This document shows positions 56,286 through 64,000 of a stretch of 64,000 nt of DNA, one piece after another. The DNA comes from the human T2T-CHM13v2.0 reference genome, Homo sapiens, in the NCBI RefSeq assembly GCF_009914755.1, contig NC_060926.1. One strand, given 5' to 3'. A program made the position numbers and the translations under genes. Numbering within the stretch: the first letter of the stretch is position 1; each line of letters starts with the position of its first letter. The notes beneath the pieces are model-generated. The model was not told the origin of the DNA. It was given only the letters and a program-made list of their open reading frames with translations, and did no database searches.

Positions 56286-56934
56286 AATGTATATATTTTG
56301 TAATATCAGATGGCATTTTTATTCACACAGATACTGTTTAATCACAGCTACCCTTTCTATAATTTAAGCCCTTAAACACATTTTTTATCTAAATATGAAA
56401 TCTAATCCATTATTTCCTATGTGGTTTTCCAAGCATTTGAGAGATGTCAAGAGTTTCATTCAGTCAATAAAGGTGTCTGTTTTATTGAAACAAAAAAATA
56501 AAAATTTCTTCCACTTACCAAAATGTCTGTAATCCCCATCTTCCTCATTCCTTTAAGTTGAAATACTGATTGTTGCATGCCAAAATAAAAAGTTATATAA
56601 AAACTGGAGCATTTCTTTCATGCTTTACATTCTGTAAGATAAAACATGTGACCAGTGGTTTGTAAAGAGAATAGAGAAGATGCCTTGAAGAGCTAAGTCA
56701 TAGATCACCACTTTGGGGAAAAGTACTTTCCATTTCAACGAGAGAATCTGAATATCCAGAGGTTATCTTACAACCTCAGGTACTTGGAATTACACAACTT
56801 AATAGCATTTAATATTCTCTATGGGTTAGCCTCAAACTGCTGTTATAAGATTATTATGTAAAACACATACTACCCTTCAGCCAAACTGGAATACATTAGA
56901 CTCTTATTGCTTGAAAATATAACATTTATTTTGT

Positions 56935-59705
56935 ATTTTTGCCAATCAAATAGGTATAAAATGGTATCTTATTGCATTCTTGATTGGTATTTCTCTCATC
57001 ACTAATGATACTAAACATATGTTTGTATGTTTGTATTTGTTTCCTTTTCTGATAAATGTCTTTTATTATCATTTCTTTTTCTTATTTTGTGTATTTTTTC
57101 TTGTCGATTGGTAGAATCTATGTATTCTTGATACTAATAATGTGTCTATTGCAAGTATCTTTTCTCAATTTGACATTTTTCTTTTTATTTTAAGATATCT
57201 TTTGATAAACAAAATATATTAATTTTAATACAACTGATCAATGTTTGTAGCAGACATTTTTGAATAATCTTGCATATCTTTCCCTATCCTAAGGACTAAA
57301 TCATATTTATTTATATTTTCTAATATGAATTTTAAGGTTTTATTTTTCAAATTTAAGTCCTTAATCCATCTTGAGTTGATTTTTGTATGTGGTAAGAGTA
57401 GGAATATAATATCACTTTTTTGCATATTTTTATTTTCCTACTGACCTGATATACTACTTCTGCCATCATCAAATTTTGATTCACGTGGAGGGATGTTTCT
57501 AGGCTCTTTATTCCACTGGTTAATTTGTCTGTCCCTTCACAAATACAAACTTATCTTAGTAACTGTAGCCTTATAATATAATCCTTATATCATTTTTTTA
57601 GGCACCTTAGGGTTTTCTATGCAGACAGTTATTGTGCATGTGTGTTTTACCATCTTCCTTTGTAATTCTGTAGCCCTCTGATTTTCTTTTCTTCCCTTAT
57701 TACATTGGCTAGGACCTCCATTATGATATTAATTAGAAATGGTAACAATGGACACCTTTACCTTGTTTCCAATCTTAGTGGGAAAGTATTCAGTTTTTCA
57801 CCATTATGAATGATGTTATCTATAGGTTCTTTGTAGATGGCCCTCATCAATTTGAGGAAGTTCCCTTCTATTCCTAGTTTGCTGACTATATTTATCATGG
57901 CCCGAAGGTGAACTTTTTCAAATGCCTTTTCTGTATCTATTGGGACAGCCATATGGTTTGTTTTTTAATACACTTATGTGGTGAATTGCATTTATTGATT
58001 CTTGAATGTTACAGTATACTTACATTCCTGGTATAAATTCTACTTTTTCATGATGTATTATCTTTTAAAAATATGATTAAAATATGACTGAATGTAGTTT
58101 ACTAATATTTAAAAATAATTTTACATTTATTTGTCTTTGTAGTCTATTTATCCCATCTGTTCTTGGATTCTTTTTTTCTTCTGCCTAGAAAACTTCCTTT
58201 AACAGTTCTTGTAGAGAACATCTATCTGCTGGTGATGAATTCTCTCAGGTTTTGTTGGTCTGATTTTCTGGATATAAAATTTTACACTGACAATTTTCTT
58301 TTTCTTTCAGTACTTTAAAGATGTCAAATCATTTTCTTAGTCTTATGTAGTTTCTGACAATGAGTCAGTTGTTTTCTATCTTTGTGCTTCCATGTCTTCT
58401 TTCCCCTCTATGCTTACTCTTCTTTTTTTTTTCTTTTTTTCCTTTTTTTCAAAATTATTATTATACTTTAAGTTTTAGGGTTTTCTGTCAGTGATTTTCA
58501 GAACTTTATAATGTGCCTTTGTGTAGTTTTTTGTTGTTGTTGTTGTTTACTCTGCTTGTGTTTGATGCAATTTTAAAATATGATTGTTTATACTTTTCAC
58601 TATATTTTATATTTTTTAGTCATTGTTTCTCTAAACTTTTTTGTCTCTCCATGTCTCTCCTCTCCTTCTGGAATTCCAATTGCATATATTTTAGAAAACT
58701 TGATATTGTCCCACAGATCAATGATACTCTGTTATTTTTTTCTTCAGTCTTTTTGTTCTCCATGTAGTTCATTTTGGATAGTTCTGTCTTCAAATTAACT
58801 AACCTTTTCTTCTGAAGTATCTTGTCTCTTAGTAATCCCATGCAGTAATGTGCATTTCATGTATTATAGTTTTCACTCCTAGAAGTTTAATTTTGATTTC
58901 TAAAATATCTTGTATTTATCTTCTTATCATTTTAATGTTCACATTGGGGACTGCATTTGGAGTCTCATACCACAAGGCTCAGTTTGGGCTTTTTCTCCCC
59001 ACACTATGGCCTGGAATCTCGTTCTGAAATAATCACAGAGGTTACCCTGACTATTGTTCAGTGTCTAAAAACCATCAAAGTATATATATTTGCCTGTTTT
59101 TTTAGTGATTTAATGCAGGAGGGCAACCCAGTCCCTGTTACTTCATTATAGCCATAGCCATCATTTGGGAAATATATTTTTGCTGGGTATAGAACTCTAG
59201 GTTGACAATATTTTTGCTTTCAACATGTTAAATTATGTTTTGATTTTCAGCAGGTTAGAGATGTTATCTTCTGGCTCATGGTTTTGACAAGAAATTAACT
59301 ATTATTCTGTTTCCAGTGACTTTTATCCCTGGGAATAGGCCAAATTTTCCTGCTGCTTCTCATGTCTAGTATTTTTTATTGGATGCTGGACATTTTTGTT
59401 CTACATTCTTGTATGTCTGGATTTTGTTTTCTTTCCAATTTCTGTCTCCTCAACTTCATGAGATCTTTGTACTTTGTTTGGATTCTCCTACCTGTGGCAT
59501 GGTCCAGAGTGTGTCTCCATATAGAAAGCCAGAATGATCATAGGACCACTTTATTTGATTTCTTTTCCTCAGGGATCACTTACATGTGCTGCTTATTTTC
59601 CAATATCTGAAGGTATTGTTTTTCTACATCATGTTCAGTTTCCTAGTTGCTCACAGTCAGAGTGCAAGTTCAGTACCAGTTACTATGACACTTTTGCCAG
59701 AAGCA
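56935..59705 (-). mobile_element. Old L1M fragments (ORF2, ORF1 and 5' parts), antisense
   Basis: Minus ORFs PHTKINSRWIKDLN (57225-57425) and IDTEKAFEKV...KLGIEGNFLKL..AIYKEP...GEKLNTFPLR (57758-57952); ORF1-like sequence at 58600-58840. Confidence 0.85.
58421..58481 (-). mobile_element. Ultra-short L1PA 3' terminus with polyA
   Basis: 'ttattattatactttaagttttagggt' is the revcomp of the last ~27 nt of L1PA, preceded by a T tract. Confidence 0.7.
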
Positions 59706-60349
59706 GAAATTTCATTACATTATTAAAAATAACTATCCAACTAAAAGCAAATAATAAATAAGAGTTTCCATACATTAACCAAAGAAGAGTTTGTCATGAA
59801 GCATGAATTATCATTAATCCAATCCCACACCCCTGAAGTCCTTTTCAAAATAAGTTTTTTAAAAAGCAATTTCACATTTGTGTTTCCTAGTATTGCACAC
59901 AATGCTGAAAGCCCACATCTTTAGCAATATATAATTTTTGCTACAACACACAATTGTGGGGCTGGTATACAACCTTTATTTTTCTCTGTCATGGCCTAAT
60001 TCCCCTAAGTATTATAAAGAGGTATTATATAGAATAAGAGTATTTGTTATTTGGGACAGACTCAACGATTTCTGGACTAACTCTTCCAGAAGGATAAGGG
60101 TGTACTATGAACTAAGTTTTCAGAATTTACTCCATGCTCACACTATTCTTTCTCCCTTGCACATCTCATGTCATTCTACTTCTGTTAAAGTTCCATCCCT
60201 TCTTCAATATTCAGATAATATGTCACCTCCTTTATCTATCCTTTTCTTGTCAATATATTTAAATCAAGACTTAGCTTTTTCTCCTGTGTTTCCAAATCTC
60301 TTTGTTTGTGCTTCACATGGGATATTTATCACATTCTAATTTGTTTTGT

Positions 60350-60495
60350 AATTATTTATGTACATGTCAAGTTTTCTCCCCAGTAGGTTGTGAGTTTATG
60401 AAAGGCAAGGACTAAATCTTAATTTTTAGGCTGTTCCAGCACTTGTACTGTGCCTGTCAACAGTGCTCAGTAAGTCATTATTGAATAAATGATGG
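60350..60495 (+). mobile_element. L2 3' fragment
   Basis: 'gaaaggcaaggact...cagtgctcagtaagtcattattgaataaatgatgg'. Confidence 0.6.
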
Positions 60496-61169
60496 AGGAA
60501 AATAAAAGGGCCTACAAGACAATCTTCCCTTAATCCACTGCTTTTTCCTAATCCATTGAGTCTAGTAATGCAGGCATCACTGTTCTCTGAATGTGTGCTT
60601 CAAAGGTCAATGCTCCTGATGTGGCTGAAGCTCATGCCAACTTCTCTTACTCTGCATTGCTGTGGAGAGTGACTATTCACTGCATTGGTGGTAAGCCTTC
60701 ATATTTTTTTCTCCCTTTCTTCTGTTATATTTCTCTGCTAGTCCCCTACCCCATTTCCAGTATCCCTCAATCACTAAGGGTCTGAAAGTTTCTATAAGCT
60801 AAGGTTATAGATGGCAGTTTCCAGTAGTTTCTGTATGCATACCTACCCATGGAGAGTGGGAGTGTGTGCGTTTCAATGATATTTTTTCAGTCCCTCTTTG
60901 GTGCAGCTTCTAGCATTGAGCATGCTGGGCTCAGTGGCATTTTGTTTCTTTAATCTTTCTTCTCTTTAATGTGCTTGTTTACTTGTCTTTGACCACACTC
61001 TGATTATTCTTTGGAAGGCTAAGTGAGCTGAGGGTCATGAGTGCAACTCAAGCAGAGGAGGGCTTATTAATGCACTTTAGGCTATTAATTGAAATCAGTT
61101 CCTCAGCTGTTTATGGAGAAACACCTTCCCAATATCATGTTCTGTCCTACATACTGGACATGCCAAGTT

Positions 61170-61560
61170 GAGTAAGCATCGGTTTTAAGGAATTTATTGT
61201 TTAAATGGAGAGATTGATAAGCAAACAGAAAGTGAACATATGGTGCCAGAGTACAATAACAAAGGGTGGGTAACAAAGAGGATGCCCTGGAAATGTAAAG
61301 CGGAAATAACTCTGCCTGAGGGAAGTAAGTATGGCGTGTCAGTATCTTGGAGAAGGTTATGTCTAAGCTGGGTCTTCTAGTATTAGTAGGAGTCCATTCA
61401 ACAGAGAAGTATAGATAGTTCAGTAAGAAGATATAGAATGTGCAAAGGCACAGAGGCATGAAAGATTATGATTTGTGTGGTATGTTTGGGAGGATGGCAG
61501 TGAGAGGAAATTGTTGGGAAAGTGAACCTGAACCAGACTTTGCACTTTTTATGGTCTAAG
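61170..61560 (-). mobile_element. L2 fragment
   Basis: 'aactctgcctgaggg...tctaagctgggtctt...tgtgcaaaggcacagaggcatgaaaga'. Confidence 0.6.
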
Positions 61561-64000
61561 AAATATGCATTTGTTCCCATAAGCCAACCTTTCCTAATTT
61601 TTGGTCATATAATTTCCACTTTCACATATTTGTACAATATCTGTACCAATGTTTACTTAACACTTTAAAAAATCAACTTTAACTCACTTCACTTAAAATA
61701 GTTTATCAGGCAATATTGGATTATTTTTAAAAGGATGGATATCACATATATGAATCAGAATAGTAGAACGAATACTTGCAAACTCATTATTCAGTATAAG
61801 AAGTAGAACGTTATTATCCAACTTAAGAATGAAAACATTTCATTGCTTTATTTGTATGATTCTTCCCTGTGTCATCTCCTTGTCTCCCCTAAAAGGTTAG
61901 TACAATCCTATACTTTGTATTCATTGTTCCCTTGCTTTTTGAAGAATTGTCTTATTTCATATGAATATATCCACTAACAGCATATTGTTTAGCTTAGTTT
62001 GGTTTTGAGTTTTAGATTTTGATTTGTGGCAGCCTTGTGGAAAAAAAGATGGGTACAGGAGCAAGCCTGGAGGAAGGGACACCTTGCAGATGATTGTCAG
62101 AATTAGAATCTAGAAAAGACTATGTTTTGAAGCATTTAGATTAAGGAGGGGAGAGCGATTAAGCAGGGAAAGTGAAGAATGGCTATGATCTATTTCAAAG
62201 GCAGAATTGCTGAAATCAAGGAATTATTTTAAAGTAATATATTTTATTTAGTAAGAGCTCCTTTAGAAACTGCCCTTTATAATGTTTCTTATGGCAGAAA
62301 TATGAAAGTGTTTGTTTAGTTTATTGACACAAATAGTTTGTATTTTGACCTTTGTTGTGCTAGTGGTTCCCTGTGTTTTCCAGGGAACAAAGAAAAGCAA
62401 CTCATAGGTCTTCATCCTAGAAGATCTGCACGGTGACTTTTAAAGACTAGTAGGTAAAAGCCATCTTGTGTACTTTTGAAGAGTATTCAAGGTGTGGTAT
62501 TTTACGATCCAACTAGGCAGCTGAACCAATATGCAGATCTTGGTTTTTTAACTATAAAACAAGTCTTTCTCCCTAGGCCATGTCTTGAATTTGTTTTTTA
62601 AGCTCACCACACCCAGCTTTTCCCCATATTTAGTTTTAAACAAAAATCTCACCATATTTCTGTAATTAATCTGTACAATATTGCTACTGTTTTCAGAGTA
62701 ACTTTGGAAAGCCCCAACACTTTGGGCAATATCTGCAAAATGCAGTTAATTTAATGCTATCTACATTAAGGGAGATTTTAAACTTTAAAACAAGAGACTG
62801 AATTAGCCAGTTTTATTGAGACTAGAGCAATTAACTTGTAATTTATGGTTGGCTCAAAAAGGTCACTCACTAGAAGTGGGTGTCTGGGTACTCCCCAAGT
62901 CCTCAAGCTGACCTGGATTGGGCAATTTGAGCAAAGCAGAATGGTTTGGAAGAAGCATTCTCCAGCCAAGAGGACACTCATGTTATTGCCAATTAGACTT
63001 GGAAACTGGTTCAACTTGCTGGGTCAAAAACAGCTAGACAGCAGGAGTTTAAAAAATACAAAATGATCACTTGTGAAAATGCAGGTGGAATACAATAAAT
63101 GTCAGGTTAATTTAAGCCATCTTTGGAGAGTCAATACTCTTCTCACTTCCCAAAATCATTATTTAATTGAGCAATTTCTTTAGTTCAAACCAGACTGGTT
63201 GTTGAACAAACTGTCTTACAGACTAGGAAACCCAGTCGCTAGGAGATAAAATGTCTAGGATAAATTAGCATCATTCAGCAGTAGTGGGATTCAAACAGGC
63301 CCCAGTGGTTCTGCATATCATCACTTGGCTGTAGGCCTCTTAGACTATTTAATTCCATTAAACTAACATTTATTTAGTGCCTATTATGTAAAAGTTCTGT
63401 ACTCAGCACCCTGATAATGCCACAATGCTTTCCTAAGGGACTGGGCAATTTGGGGAAATGTCAAACAGTTTATAACAGGGTCCTCTATCTATTCATCTCC
63501 CCCAAAGCTGAACTGATTGGAAAAAGGAGGGAGGGTGTGGGTCACTGTGATCAGAGAACTTGATGGTTGTGACTCCGTTGTCCCATTCTCCCCCGTGGAA
63601 ATTTTCAAAAACTTGGGGTGGGGAGCCTAGTGAAGAAAGGGATTTGGTGGTTTGAAGGATTTTAAAAAATGAGATCTTAGCATCTATTATTTGATCCTAG
63701 ATCTATGACCTAATCCTAACAAGACATAATGCATTCGGGATTTAGTGGCCACTTTTATGGGTTGGCACATATTTCTTCTGCATCCCTATTCACCCAGCCA
63801 TTAATTTTATTTTAATATATACTTGTACTCTGGCATTTTCTCCTCTGAATATTTTATTTGTATTTTAAAATTTTTTAACCTCCCGATGATTGATGGGGAG
63901 GAGGGGAAGGACAAGACACGAAGCAGACAGATAAGCTGACAAAAATGACAAAAAAACCATTTTAATGTTTAAATCAGAACAGAAAGCTGTTTATGAGTTG

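Overview
This is AT-rich, CpG-poor hominoid (human or great-ape) genomic DNA, not prokaryotic. It carries many Alus, an L1PA2 insertion and a hominoid-specific SVA fragment. I find no intact host protein-coding gene, rRNA, tRNA or CRISPR array. Nearly all ORFs in the supplied track are chance frames or translations of Alu, L1, LTR and microsatellite sequence. Main contents: (1) a Charlie1-type hAT transposon at 299-1616; (2) a 4.35-kb L1PA clipped at both ends (7696-12049) that keeps a 55-aa ORF0 homologue and the ZNF93-target 5'UTR segment; (3) a TSD-flanked HMGB1 processed pseudogene at 21221-22435; (4) a decayed ERVL provirus with gag, RNase H and integrase remnants at about 27.4-30.5 kb; (5) a THE1 solo LTR with a perfect TSD; (6) a twin-primed L1PA2 with an inversion plus duplication at 50698-51127; (7) a SINE-R-only SVA nested antisense in an Alu at 52465-52770. 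Candidate functional non-repeat signals are a CTCF motif next to an E-box at about 12.4 kb and a possible minus-strand terminal exon at about 25.8-26.26 kb. I cannot support a wholly new biological system; the best findings are unusual retrotransposition events and candidate regulatory or transcript elements. Family calls are from recalled consensus sequences, not from a database search, and boundaries of old repeats are approximate.
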